DNA of 64,000 nucleotides from the NCBI RefSeq assembly GCF_965229905.1, contig NZ_OZ245930.1, forward strand, positions 2,407,327 through 2,471,326, in the 5' to 3' direction. Shown in pieces: positions 36,830-46,699 of this stretch. The position numbers and the translations under genes are program-made. Source of the stretch: Hyphobacterium sp. (GTDB lineage Bacteria; Pseudomonadota; Alphaproteobacteria; Caulobacterales; Maricaulaceae). Positions within the stretch are counted from its first letter, which is position 1; each line of letters begins with the position of its first letter. The notes under the pieces were generated by a model. It was given only the letters and a program-made list of their open reading frames with translations. It was not told where the DNA came from and did no database searches.

Positions 36830-38482
36830 ATGCTTAAGAATACAAGATTCCATACCGCGCTGCTGATGGCAGCTTCGAGCCTGACGCTAGCAGCTTGCGG
36901 CGGCGGTGGCGATGTCGATGCCGACATCGTCGTTTTGCACCGGGGCAATAGCGCCGAACCGCTGACGCTGGATCCGCACAAGGCGAGCGGAACGTGGGAG
37001 AACAATATTATCGGTGACATGTTCATCGGCTTGTTCACGGACGACGCCCATGGCGCCCCGATCCCCGGTATGGCGGAGAGCTGGACGGTCAGCGAAGATG
37101 GCCTGACCTGGACGTTCGAACTGCGCGAAGCGGTCTGGTCGGATGGCGAACCGGTGACGGCTGGCGATTTCGAATACGCTTTCCAGCGCATTCTTAATCC
37201 GGCCACGCTGGCGCAGTATGCGTCGCTGCTCTATCCGATCGAAAATGCCCAAGCGGTCAATTCGGGCGAAATGCCTCCGGAAGCGGTCGGTGTCGAGGCG
37301 ATCGACGACAATACGCTTGAGATCCGGCTCGAAAACCCGGCCCCCTATCTGCCGGGCCTTCTCACTCACTACACGACCTTCCCGGTGCCGAGCCATGTTG
37401 TCGAGGAATTCGGCGATCAGTGGGTCCAGCCGCGCAATATCCAGGTGAACGGTCCATACCGGCTGGTGCAGTGGGCGACGAACAATTTCGTTCATGTCGA
37501 ACGCAATGAGCGTTTCTTCGACAATGAAAGTGTCTGCATCGACGAGGTGTTCTACTATCCGACGGTTGATGCAGCGGCGGGTGTGCGCCGCGTTCAGAAC
37601 GGCGAATTGCACCTGAACAATGAATTCCCGGGCCAGCATATCGACCGGCTGCGCCGCGAGATGGAGGAATATGTCCGGGTATATCCGTACATGGGCACCG
37701 TTTATTTCTCGATCAATAACGAGATTGACGGCTTCGCCGACCCGCGCGTGCGCAACGCGCTCGGCATGGCGGTCAACCGGGAATTCCTGGCCGAGGAAAT
37801 CTATCGCGATGGCCGGTCTGCCGCGTATTCGCTGGTGCCGCCGGATGTGGCGAACTATGCCGGCGGGGTGAGCGCTGAATGGGCTTCGCTGTCGATGGAC
37901 GAGCGCCGTGAGCTTGCCCGCGAATTGCTTCTGGAAGCCGGCTTCGGCCCGGACAATCCGCTGGAGTTCGAATACTCGCACCGTTCGACGGGCGACAATC
38001 CGCGCATCGCGCCGGTGGTGCAGCAGGACTGGGAAAGCATCGCCGACTGGGTGAATGTCGACATCGTCCAGATCGAGACGCAGATCCACTATGAAAATCT
38101 CCGCTCGGCCGACTATCAGATCGGCGATGGCGGCTGGATCGCGGATTACAACGATCCCTACAACTTCCTCTTCCTGGCGGAAGAACGGTCGATCCCGATG
38201 AATTATTCGCGCTACCGCAATCCGGAGTATGACGATCTGGTTGCGCGCGCGAACCAGGAGCTGGACATGGAAGTCCGGGCCAGCATGCTGGCCGATGCCG
38301 AGCAGATGATGATCGACGACATGCCGATCGTGCCGATCGTGTTTTACGTCAACCGCGCCGTGGTCAGCCCCGAAGTGACGGGTTGGGAGGACAATATCGT
38401 CCACATCCACCGCACGCGCTTCATGTGCCTGGAAGGTGCGCAGGCAGAAGCCGGAAGCTCCGGCGATTCATCGGCCGACTAG
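36830..38482 (+). CDS. Peptide ABC transporter substrate-binding lipoprotein (SBP family 5)
   Basis: Lipobox (SLTLAACGG). Family-5 SBP features (EPLTLDPHKA, GMAESWTVSEDGLTWTFELR, GGWIADYNDPYNFL). Confidence 0.9.
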   Translation: MLKNTRFHTALLMAASSLTLAACGGGGDVDADIVVLHRGNSAEPLTLDPHKASGTWENNIIGDMFIGLFTDDAHGAPIPGMAESWTVSEDGLTWTFELREAVWSDGEPVTAGDFEYAFQRILNPATLAQYASLLYPIENAQAVNSGEMPPEAVGVEAIDDNTLEIRLENPAPYLPGLLTHYTTFPVPSHVVEEFGDQWVQPRNIQVNGPYRLVQWATNNFVHVERNERFFDNESVCIDEVFYYPTVDAAAGVRRVQNGELHLNNEFPGQHIDRLRREMEEYVRVYPYMGTVYFSINNEIDGFADPRVRNALGMAVNREFLAEEIYRDGRSAAYSLVPPDVANYAGGVSAEWASLSMDERRELARELLLEAGFGPDNPLEFEYSHRSTGDNPRIAPVVQQDWESIADWVNVDIVQIETQIHYENLRSADYQIGDGGWIADYNDPYNFLFLAEERSIPMNYSRYRNPEYDDLVARANQELDMEVRASMLADAEQMMIDDMPIVPIVFYVNRAVVSPEVTGWEDNIVHIHRTRFMCLEGAQAEAGSSGDSSAD

Positions 38483-38552
38483 ACACGCGCCAGGCGCACA
38501 GACTTGCGGCCCTCCTCCGAGCGCGTAGATTGCGGGCTCGGGGGAGGGCTTT

Positions 38553-39737
38553 TTGATGACGGATGCGGTATCCGATGCCGTCGTCGCGGATTCCGCGGCC
38601 AGCGAGGCCCGCGCCGCGCAACGCGCGTCGCGCTCGCGTTTCAGCACGGAAACGGACGGGATTTGCAGCAATTGCGGCACGCCGCTGAAAGGGCGTATCT
38701 GTCACAGCTGCGGACAGGACTCGGACAGTTTCCACCGCCCGGTCTGGTCGCTGCTGTGGGAGGTGCTGGACGGGCTGATCGGACTGGACGGCCGCTTGTG
38801 GCGGACCGTGCCGGCGCTGATGTTCCGGCCGGGCTATCTGACCCGCAAGTATCTTGAGGGCGTCCGCGCGCGCTACGTCCAGCCATTCCGGCTCTACCTG
38901 TTTGCCAGCATCCTATTCTTCTTGCTGTTCGGGCTCGGCAATTCGGGATGGAATAATGTGGTCATCCCGCAAGCCGAGTTGTCCGAGGAAGACCGCGCGG
39001 CGCTGTCCCAGGAGCTTGAGCGGATCGCCGAGGACAATCCGACGGCTTCTGCCGAGATCCAGCAGGCGATCGATAATCTGGCGGGCGATCCGAGTGAAGC
39101 CGGCGATGCCGCCGAGATCGCCGCGGCTGCGGCGGTATCCAGCGAGAGCCTCCGCGCCGACATGCGTGATCGGGTCCGCCGCATTCTGCTGCCGGAGGAG
39201 TATCCCGATGAAGGCGCGCCGGATTCATCCGAAGTTGTGGTCGGCGACCCTGAAGATCTGCAGGTCTCGTTCGAGATCGAAGCGCTGGCCGGCTTGCCCT
39301 TGGCGGCACGTCAGCAGCTTGCGCGGCAGCTGGAAAGGGTGATCGACGATCCGGCGCTGCTGTTCAGCGCCATGGAGCGCTGGCTGCCGCGGCTATTGTT
39401 TGTGCTGTTGCCGATCTATGCGCTCATCCTTGCAATTGGCCAGGTCTGGCGCCGAGGATTTTATTTCTACGATCATCTGATCGTCTCGCTGCACTTTCAC
39501 GCCTTCCTGTTCGCGCTGTTCATCCTCATGCATCCGATCGGGCTGCTGGTTGGCGGATTGCCGTACCTGATCTTTTTGATCTGGAGCAATATCTATCTCT
39601 ACCGCATCCATCGGGTGGTCTATGAGCACGGCCGGTTCATGTCCGTTTTGCGGACGCTGACGCTGGATCTCACCTATCTCGTCGTGCTCCTGCTGGCGAC
39701 GGTCGTCCTGGTTTTTGTCGGACTGTTATTCGCCTGA
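38553..39737 (+). CDS. DUF3667-like zinc-ribbon membrane protein
   Basis: N-terminal CSNCGTPLKGRICHSCGQ zinc ribbon, followed by several TM segments and an acidic central loop. Family name is from memory. Confidence 0.7.
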   Translation: MMTDAVSDAVVADSAASEARAAQRASRSRFSTETDGICSNCGTPLKGRICHSCGQDSDSFHRPVWSLLWEVLDGLIGLDGRLWRTVPALMFRPGYLTRKYLEGVRARYVQPFRLYLFASILFFLLFGLGNSGWNNVVIPQAELSEEDRAALSQELERIAEDNPTASAEIQQAIDNLAGDPSEAGDAAEIAAAAAVSSESLRADMRDRVRRILLPEEYPDEGAPDSSEVVVGDPEDLQVSFEIEALAGLPLAARQQLARQLERVIDDPALLFSAMERWLPRLLFVLLPIYALILAIGQVWRRGFYFYDHLIVSLHFHAFLFALFILMHPIGLLVGGLPYLIFLIWSNIYLYRIHRVVYEHGRFMSVLRTLTLDLTYLVVLLLATVVLVFVGLLFA

Positions 39738-39738
39738 T

Positions 39739-41520
39739 CTAGCGCGGCTGGATGACTGGTGAGCGTAGCTCCTGACCCGGCTGCGCCGCCTGCCTTGCCT
39801 CGATCAGGGCGCGCATTTCGGGCGCCTCCATGATCGCATTGAGACGGGCGAGCGATTGTGCGGAATCGGCGGAAACGCCGAAGAGCTCCTGGAAGGCTTC
39901 GAACGGCGTCCGCTCGCGCGGGAAGCGTTGGATCGACACCGACTGACCGGCGTTGATTCCCGCCAGCCGCCGGGCGGCATCGACCGCTTCCATGAAGCCC
40001 CCGATCTCATCCACCAGACCCCGCTCAAGCGCCTGCTCGCCTGTCCAGACGCGCCCGCGCGCAATCTCGGCGACGCGCTCGCGCGACAGGTCGCGGCCTT
40101 CGGCGACCCTCTCTGTGAAATCCTCATACACATTGCCGAGTTCCGCCTCGATGGCCGCACGCTGGCTATCCGTCCAGCTTTCGTTCGGTGAGTAGGCGCC
40201 GGCAAACTCGCCGCCAACAGATACCTGTTCGAAATTGATGCCGATCAAGCCGAATGCGCCGTCGAGATTGATCTTGCCGCCATAGACGCCGATCGAACCG
40301 GTCAATGTGGTGGCGTTGGCGATGATGTGATCAGCGGGTGCCGCTATGTAATAACCGCCCGACGCGGCAGCCGCTCCCATGCTCACCACCACAGGGATGC
40401 CGTCATCCTGGGCGCGGCGAACCGCATCCCAGATCTGATCGGACGCAATCGACGATCCGCCCGGTGAATCGATGCGGACGATGATGGCGCGCGTCCCGTT
40501 GGCTTCAGCGGCGTTGGTGATGGCTTCGGCCATGGCGTCGCCGCCGATCAGCGGATTACCGCCAAAAGGTGAGGAGACGCCATCGCCGGTCACAATTGCG
40601 CCCTGGCCTTCGACGAGCGCGATACGCGGGCCGTAGGCGTTCAGCGCGCCGCTGAGCCGATAGTCTTCGAGTTCCGCAAACTCGGCATTGCCGCCGGCCC
40701 GTTCGAGAATCGCGGCGCGGGCCGCGGCGACATGGCCGAGCTGATCGACGAGGCCGGACTCGCGGGCAGCTTCCGCGCTGTGCGGGGCCTGCTCGATCAG
40801 CGTTTGCAGGCGCGCGGCGTCAAGTGTGCGCCCCGCAGCCGCGTTGGCGATGGCGGTGTCATAAATGGACCCGAAATAGGATAGCGTTGCTTCGAGATGT
40901 TCGGGTGTGAATCCGTCTTCGGTGTAGGCGTTCGGGGCGTTCTTGTATTCGAGAAACTGGATGAAATCGGCGTCGATCTCGAACCGGTCGAGCGCGGCTC
41001 CGAAGAACCCGACTTCGCCGGCAAGGCCGGCCGTCGCGAAACTCGCCGTGTCCTGAAGCCAGATCTCATCGGCGCTGGCGACGGCCAGATAGGTCGTTAC
41101 GGATGTCGAATTGAAGCCCTGCGAGTGTACGATGACCGGGCGGCCGGTTTCGCGGAAGGCGGCGATCGCACGATTCAATTCCTCGGCCTGCGCCGGCGAC
41201 ATGCCGAACTCATTGGCCCGGACGAACAAGCCGGCGACACGGTCGTCACGCCCGGCCCGGTCCAACAGGCGCACAACATCGACGATCGGGGCCGGCTCGG
41301 CAAAGGCGAAGGGCGAGCGCGACTGCTGGTCGAGCCGGCCTTCACGCAGATCCAGTTCCAGCACCAGGCGGCCGGACGGCAGGCCGGCGGCTTCTTCGGC
41401 GTCAGCCGTCATTGCCGCGATGAACGCGCCGAGCACGATGAAAAGCAGGATAATCGCCAGCACCGATCCGATGATCACGCCGAGAATCGAGCCGAACAGG
41501 GTGATGAAAAACTGTTTCAT
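39739..41520 (-). CDS. sppA: Signal peptide peptidase SppA, 67K type
   Basis: N-terminal TM anchor and two tandem ClpP/crotonase-like S49 domains (…RIDSPGGSSIASDQI…, MGAAAASGGYYIA). Confidence 0.9.
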   Translation of the reverse strand: MKQFFITLFGSILGVIIGSVLAIILLFIVLGAFIAAMTADAEEAAGLPSGRLVLELDLREGRLDQQSRSPFAFAEPAPIVDVVRLLDRAGRDDRVAGLFVRANEFGMSPAQAEELNRAIAAFRETGRPVIVHSQGFNSTSVTTYLAVASADEIWLQDTASFATAGLAGEVGFFGAALDRFEIDADFIQFLEYKNAPNAYTEDGFTPEHLEATLSYFGSIYDTAIANAAAGRTLDAARLQTLIEQAPHSAEAARESGLVDQLGHVAAARAAILERAGGNAEFAELEDYRLSGALNAYGPRIALVEGQGAIVTGDGVSSPFGGNPLIGGDAMAEAITNAAEANGTRAIIVRIDSPGGSSIASDQIWDAVRRAQDDGIPVVVSMGAAAASGGYYIAAPADHIIANATTLTGSIGVYGGKINLDGAFGLIGINFEQVSVGGEFAGAYSPNESWTDSQRAAIEAELGNVYEDFTERVAEGRDLSRERVAEIARGRVWTGEQALERGLVDEIGGFMEAVDAARRLAGINAGQSVSIQRFPRERTPFEAFQELFGVSADSAQSLARLNAIMEAPEMRALIEARQAAQPGQELRSPVIQPR

Positions 41521-41658
41521 GAAACCGTCCCGAATTGCACATGTTGGATGTCATCATGCGCATATCGTGCCGAATTAGGCGAGGGAAAGTCCGCAAGCGC
41601 ATCCCGCGCCTGCGGCGGGCTGTATCGATGCCATGAAGGGGCGGGCGGCGGAATTGAA

Positions 41659-41735
41659 TGGTCGGAGTAGCAAGATTCGAACTTGCGACCCCCGCCTCCC
41701 GAAGACGGTGCTCTACCAGGCTGAGCTATACTCCG
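41659..41735 (-). tRNA. tRNA-Pro (anticodon CGG)
   Basis: Minus-strand sequence CGGAGTATAGCTCAGCCTGGTAGAGCACCGTCTTCGGGAGGCGGGGGTCGCAAGTTCGAATCTTGCTACTCCGACCA folds as a cloverleaf by hand. Anticodon loop is TTCGGGA. CCA is encoded. Confidence 0.9.
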
Positions 41736-41855
41736 ACCGGAGCGCGGGCTTATAACCACATCATTCGCGGGATTCAATCACTACAGCATCCGCCCGTTGC
41801 ATCATCTGCAGTGAGTCGCTATCTAGCGCCTCCGCCGGGCTGATAGGCCCGCTGC

Positions 41856-41930
41856 TGGGGCGTCGCCAAGTGGTAAGGCATCGGTTTTTGGTACCGACAT
41901 TCCCAGGTTCGAATCCTGGCGCCCCAGCCA
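41856..41930 (+). tRNA. tRNA-Gln (anticodon TTG)
   Basis: TGGGGCGTCGCCAAGTGGTAAGGCATCGGTTTTTGGTACCGACATTCCCAGGTTCGAATCCTGGCGCCCCAGCCA is very close to E. coli tRNA-Gln(UUG). CCA is encoded. Confidence 0.9.
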
Positions 41931-42432
41931 TCATTTCCCGCCGACATCCGAGTGCAGACCGCCGGGCCCGCCAGCGCGTGCCGCCGGCATTGCTGCGAGC
42001 CGGCAGAACAAATTATCGTGATGCCCCGCCGAAGCGCGATTTCTTCAGGCGCTGCGCATGCTGCATTCGCCTTTTGGGGCAATGAGAAGACGGCAATTCC
42101 CGGTAGAGGCGAGAAAATGGCAGTTAATGGCTGCTTCAACCGCATTCGACCGGAGTCTGTCTATTGATTGACGCGCATCACTTCGGTAGCGTCTTTCATT
42201 AAGAAGGCGTAATTCGCCAAACGAGACGGAAGGAAAACTTCCGCGAAGCGAGGGGAAGGGGTCAACGCGAGTTTCTTCCCAACTTCTATGGAATCTGCAG
42301 GTTCGGGCCGGCGTGCTAGCCGTCCGGCCTCAGAACAAGCAGGGGCTAGACCGGTGCGGGGGCACCGGAAAGCACAAATAGTCAGTCAGGCGTGGCGGAT
42401 CTCAACCCGCGCCGTTCAATGTGAGGCGAGAC

Positions 42433-43203
42433 ATGGCGAACTTGAATAAATGGCTTCGCACTTCAGTCGCAGCAGCGGTGTTTTCCGTTGGCGTGGCCGG
42501 TATTGCGGATGCGCAAATCCAGCAAGCGCTAAACACGGGTGCGCAATCCACGCAAGACGGAGCCAGCACCCAAAGTCAGATCGATCAGCTTGATGACGAT
42601 CGGACCAATGCGGAACTGGAATACCGCGCGCTTCTGCAGCAAATCGAAAGCCAGCGGCTCTATGTCGCGCAGCAGGAAGTGTTCATTCAGTCGCAGCAAA
42701 ACGAAATCGATTCGTTGCGGCTGCAGATCGACAGCGTCGGCAATATCCAGCGCGACCTCATCCCGATGCTGCGGGAAATGGCCGACGGCCTGCGCCAGTT
42801 TGTCGAGCTGGATCTGCCGTTCCAACACGAGGAACGCCTGGAACAGGTGGACGAGCTCTACGACCTGATCGACGATCCGGAAGTGTCGGCGGCCGAGAAA
42901 TACCGCGTCATTCTGAACCGTTACGAGATCGAAGCGTCCTATGGCCGCGGCCTGCGCACCTTTTCGGAATCGACCATCGAGAACGAACAGGATGTGACGT
43001 TCGAATATCTGCAGATCGGACGCGTCGCGCTGATCCGTCAGAACCCGGATGACAGCCTGTCGATGCTGTATCGCGGTGCGCCTGACTGGGTCGACGTGCC
43101 GTCGAGCCATGCCAACGACGTGAACCGTGCTTTCCGCATCGCGCGCGAAGTGACGACGCCGGAAGTGTTCACCGTGCCGCTTCCCGGCTCGGAAGATCAG
43201 TAG
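42433..43203 (+). CDS. DUF3450-like periplasmic coiled-coil protein (TtpB-like, TonB2 system)
   Basis: Signal peptide, then a long coiled coil. It sits first in a Ttp/TonB2-type cluster. ATG 42433 follows GAGG. Confidence 0.7.
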   Translation: MANLNKWLRTSVAAAVFSVGVAGIADAQIQQALNTGAQSTQDGASTQSQIDQLDDDRTNAELEYRALLQQIESQRLYVAQQEVFIQSQQNEIDSLRLQIDSVGNIQRDLIPMLREMADGLRQFVELDLPFQHEERLEQVDELYDLIDDPEVSAAEKYRVILNRYEIEASYGRGLRTFSESTIENEQDVTFEYLQIGRVALIRQNPDDSLSMLYRGAPDWVDVPSSHANDVNRAFRIAREVTTPEVFTVPLPGSEDQ

Positions 43204-43227
43204 TTCGGCCCTGACGGAGACATTGCG

Positions 43228-44631
43228 ATGAAACTCAATCTCAAGACCATTGCCGCAGCGGCCGTCCTCGGGATCGCCACTGTCGGAAGTGCTATGGCGC
43301 AACAGGCGCCGGCATCCAGCATCAATGAATTGCTCAACCGCCTGCGTTCGGACGTGCGTGAGGCATCCCAGGAAAACCAGCAACGCCTGCAGGAATTCCG
43401 CCAGGCGCGGAACCAGCAGACCTCGCTTCTCGCCGGAGCCCGCTCGACGTTGGCCGGCCTTGAAGCCCAGGCCGACAGCCTGGAAGCGCAATTCGCCAAC
43501 AACCAGGTCCGCATCGACGAGCTGGCTGAAGAACTGCGCGCTGCGCAGGGCGAATTCGGCGAGCTGTTCGGTGTCGCGCGCCAGACGGCCGGCGAGTTCG
43601 GCTCGTTGATCGAAGGTTCGCTGGCCAGTGCTCAGCACCCGGGCCGTGCCGGTCCGCTCCTGGAACTGGCGAACAGCCGCGTCCTCCCGACGCGGACAGA
43701 ACTCGACACGATCTATCGGTCGATCACCGAAGAAATGATCTATCAGGGCGAGATTGCCTCGTTCGACGCACCGGTCGCCGACCTCGACTGTTCGGGCGAT
43801 TACGATGTGACGCGCGTCGGTGTGTTCGTGTCCTACGCCATGTGCGGCGGCAATCCGTCCTTTACGCGGTGGGCGCTGCCGGAAAACCCGGTCGGCGATG
43901 CCGATTTTGTGCTGACAGCCCTGCCGTCGCAGCCTCCCGGCAACATTCTGGGAGCCGCGTCCGCGCTCTACAATGCCGAGCCGGGCGAAATCGTATCCGG
44001 TCCGGTTGACCCGTCGCGTGGGGGCCTGCTGCTGGTCTATCGTGACATTCCGGACCTCGGTCAGCGTATCGAGCAAGGCCGTATCGTTGGTAAGATCATC
44101 CTCGGCCTGCTGGCCGTGTCGGTCGCCTTCGGCCTGTTCCGCCTGCTGATGCTGGTCCTCGAATCGATGGCCGTTGCCGGTCAGAAGCGCCGCTCGACCC
44201 CGTCGAAAGGCAATTCGCTGGGCCGGGTCATGCTGGCCTATGAATCGGTCAAGGATCACAATGAAGAAGTGATCGAGATGAAGCTGGACGAGGCGATCCT
44301 GCGGGAAACGCCGAAGCTGGAGTTCGGTCTCAACTTCCTGAAGCTCGCAGCCGGTATCGCGCCGCTGCTGGGTCTTCTGGGAACGGTGACCGGCATGATC
44401 CGGACCTTCACCCAGATCACGCTCTTCGGTACGGGTGACCCGCGCATCATGGCCGGTGGTATCTCGGAAGCCCTGGTCACCACGGTGCTGGGCCTTATTT
44501 CCGCCATCCCGCTGTTGTTCCTTCACAGCTTCGCAGCGAGCTTTGCACGCGGCGTTCAGCAGACGCTGGAAGAACAGGCGGCCGGTATTGTCGCCCGACA
44601 CGCAGAAGAGCGCGCTGGCCGGTCGGCTTAA
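43228..44631 (+). CDS. Large MotA/TolQ/ExbB proton-channel family protein (TtpC-like)
   Basis: Signal peptide, a periplasmic coiled-coil domain of about 280 aa, and a C-terminal three-TM MotA/ExbB core (LLGLLGTVTGMIRTF). Confidence 0.85.
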   Translation: MKLNLKTIAAAAVLGIATVGSAMAQQAPASSINELLNRLRSDVREASQENQQRLQEFRQARNQQTSLLAGARSTLAGLEAQADSLEAQFANNQVRIDELAEELRAAQGEFGELFGVARQTAGEFGSLIEGSLASAQHPGRAGPLLELANSRVLPTRTELDTIYRSITEEMIYQGEIASFDAPVADLDCSGDYDVTRVGVFVSYAMCGGNPSFTRWALPENPVGDADFVLTALPSQPPGNILGAASALYNAEPGEIVSGPVDPSRGGLLLVYRDIPDLGQRIEQGRIVGKIILGLLAVSVAFGLFRLLMLVLESMAVAGQKRRSTPSKGNSLGRVMLAYESVKDHNEEVIEMKLDEAILRETPKLEFGLNFLKLAAGIAPLLGLLGTVTGMIRTFTQITLFGTGDPRIMAGGISEALVTTVLGLISAIPLLFLHSFAASFARGVQQTLEEQAAGIVARHAEERAGRSA

Positions 44632-44646
44632 GGGGAGGTCCACACA

Positions 44647-45168
44647 ATGGATTTCCAAACAGCTCTTGGCGGACTGAACGAGTTTCTCGATCGCGGCGGC
44701 TTCGTGCTCGTCTGGATCATGGGTCTCACGTTCGTGATGTGGGCTTTCATCCTTGAGCGTCTCGCCTACTTCTTCTTCGCCCAGGCGGGCGATGCGAAGC
44801 GGGCGCTCAAGGAATGGTCCGCACGGTCCGACCATACGTCGTGGACGGCTCACGCCATTCGCGACCAGCTGATCTCCGAGGCGAAACAGAAGGCGGAGAA
44901 CAATGTCGAGCTCGTCAAGACGCTCGTCGCGGTGGCTCCGCTCTTCGGTCTCCTCGGTACGGTGACGGGCATGGTTTCGGTGTTTGACGTGATGGCCGTA
45001 TCCGGCTCGTCGGACGCAAGGGCGATGTCGGCGGGTGTGTCCCGCGCGACGATCCCGACCATGGCCGGCATGGTGGCGGCATTGTCCGGTCTGATTTTCT
45101 CAAATCAGATCGAACGGCTCGCCAAGCGCCGTACCGCGATCCTCGCCGACCAGCTTGAACTGGAGTAG
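44647..45168 (+). CDS. exbB: ExbB/TolQ family proton channel
   Basis: Three TM segments and LFGLLGTVTGMVSVF. GGGGAGG RBS. Confidence 0.9.
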   Translation: MDFQTALGGLNEFLDRGGFVLVWIMGLTFVMWAFILERLAYFFFAQAGDAKRALKEWSARSDHTSWTAHAIRDQLISEAKQKAENNVELVKTLVAVAPLFGLLGTVTGMVSVFDVMAVSGSSDARAMSAGVSRATIPTMAGMVAALSGLIFSNQIERLAKRRTAILADQLELE

Positions 45169-45173
45169 CGGCT

Positions 45174-45587
45174 ATGCGCAGACGCAAGCAAAGAGGAAAC
45201 GATCAGGCCGAAGTGAACATGACGCCGATGCTCGACATCGTGTTCATCCTGCTGATCTTCTTCATCGTGACCGCGACCTTCCTGCAAGAGCAGGGGTTCG
45301 ACATGCGGCCGCCGCCGCCCAGCGATGAACCGCCGAACACGGAATCGAACCCGGTCATTCTCGTGCAGATCGACGCCGAGAACCGGGTGTTCGTGAACCA
45401 GCGTTCGACGAGTGAAGACCGGGTGTTGGCGTCGGTTCAGCGGATCCGTGCCGAAGCGCCGAACAGTGCGGTTCTGATCGAACCCAATAACGAGGCCGAA
45501 ACCGGCACCGTGGCGTTGATATGGGACGATATGCGATCAAATGGCATACCCGTTTCCATCCAGCGCCAGCAGGGCGACGGCAATTAA
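45174..45587 (+). CDS. exbD: ExbD/TolR family protein (copy 1)
   Basis: NMTPMLDIVFILLIFFIV TM signature plus a periplasmic domain. Confidence 0.9.
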   Translation: MRRRKQRGNDQAEVNMTPMLDIVFILLIFFIVTATFLQEQGFDMRPPPPSDEPPNTESNPVILVQIDAENRVFVNQRSTSEDRVLASVQRIRAEAPNSAVLIEPNNEAETGTVALIWDDMRSNGIPVSIQRQQGDGN

Positions 45588-45602
45588 CTCGGGGAGTGAA
45601 AC

Positions 45603-46007
45603 ATGGCTCGACGTGTGAGCCGAGTACAGGCTGAAGACGAAGAAGTCGAACTGAACATGACGCCGATGCTGGACGTGGTGTTCATCCTGTTGATCTTCTT
45701 CATCGTCACGGCTGTGTTCGTGAAAGAACCGGGTGTCGATGTATTTCGCCCCGATGTCAGCGGAAGTGAGCGCATGAAGCCGACGCTTCTGGTCGCCGTC
45801 ACCTCCGAGGACGAGATCTGGATCAATCGCGACATCTACGAGATGAACCAGGTCCGCGGCGTTCTCGAGCAGTTGCTGTCCGAGAACCCGCGCGCCGAGG
45901 CGATGATCCAGGCGGATGAGGGTTCACCAATCGGGACGGTCCTGGATATCCAGGAATTGCTGACCGAGCTGGGTGTTGAGGAAATCAACATCTCGGATGA
46001 ACCATAG
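45603..46007 (+). CDS. exbD: ExbD/TolR family protein (copy 2)
   Basis: NMTPMLDVVFILLIFFIV. Paralog of the preceding gene. Confidence 0.9.
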   Translation: MARRVSRVQAEDEEVELNMTPMLDVVFILLIFFIVTAVFVKEPGVDVFRPDVSGSERMKPTLLVAVTSEDEIWINRDIYEMNQVRGVLEQLLSENPRAEAMIQADEGSPIGTVLDIQELLTELGVEEINISDEP

Positions 46008-46016
46008 GAGGCTGAT

Positions 46017-46634
46017 ATGGGTAATATTCTTCGTCTCATCATCGGCGTTCCGATCGCCCTCATCGTGACCTTTGCGCTGTTCGCGCTGATGCAACGGCTG
46101 ATTTTCGTCGAAGAAGTCGAAATAGACGATGCGGGAGATGAGTACAGCTTCGACATCAATCCGCAGGTGGAAGAGGTGAATGCGCGGACCCGCGATACGT
46201 CGATCGAAGACGTGCAGCAGGTCGATCCGCCGCCCCCGCCGCCGCAGATCGAGCGCCAAGCCGCCGACCTGCCGACGGAAAGCCTGTCGACGATCGTCGG
46301 TAATATTCCGGAGTTCGACACGCCGGAGCTGAATTCCGGCAATGTCAGCTTCAACGTGTCCGACCGGGACGCCCAGCCGCTGGTCCGCATCCCGCCGCAA
46401 TATCCGGTACGCGCCGCCGAGCGCGGCCTGGAGGGCTATTGCGACATGTTGTTCAACGTGTCGCCCGATGGCACGCCAGTGGACATTCAGGCGACCAACT
46501 GCACCAGCAGCATGTTCGAACGCTCGTCGATCCGGGCGGTTGAACGCTGGCGCTACAGCCAGCGGATCGTCGACGGCGTGCCGCAGATGCGGCGCGGTGT
46601 TCAGACGCGTATCGAGTACGAACTGTCCGACTAG
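46017..46634 (+). CDS. tonB: Energy transducer TonB
   Basis: N-terminal TM anchor, a short Pro-rich tract (DPPPPPPQ), and a TonB C-terminal domain (PPQYPVRAAERGLEGYCDMLFNVSPDGTP). Confidence 0.85.
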   Translation: MGNILRLIIGVPIALIVTFALFALMQRLIFVEEVEIDDAGDEYSFDINPQVEEVNARTRDTSIEDVQQVDPPPPPPQIERQAADLPTESLSTIVGNIPEFDTPELNSGNVSFNVSDRDAQPLVRIPPQYPVRAAERGLEGYCDMLFNVSPDGTPVDIQATNCTSSMFERSSIRAVERWRYSQRIVDGVPQMRRGVQTRIEYELSD

Positions 46635-46699
46635 TTCGGTCCATTGCTAGCGGGCGGTGCGGGGAGCGCTGCCGGGCTGGGAGAAACAGAGGTGAGACG

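Noticed and set aside
36887-38410. A 507-aa minus-strand ORF opposite the substrate-binding protein gene.
   Set aside because: Shadow ORF. The plus strand encodes a convincing family-5 SBP lipoprotein.
41931-42432. A cobalamin or other riboswitch, or a Fur box, upstream of the TonB2 cluster.
   Set aside because: I could not find a B12-box-like core or a convincing Fur palindrome by eye. The region is kept only as a low-interest long-leader finding.
42529-44853. A 774-aa ORF on the minus strand spanning the TtpB-like, TtpC-like and ExbB genes.
   Set aside because: It is antisense to three genes with clear family motifs (for example LLGLLGTVTGMIRTF). Its translation is Arg/His/Gly/Asp-rich with no recognisable domain. 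Long stop-free antisense frames are expected in GC-rich DNA.
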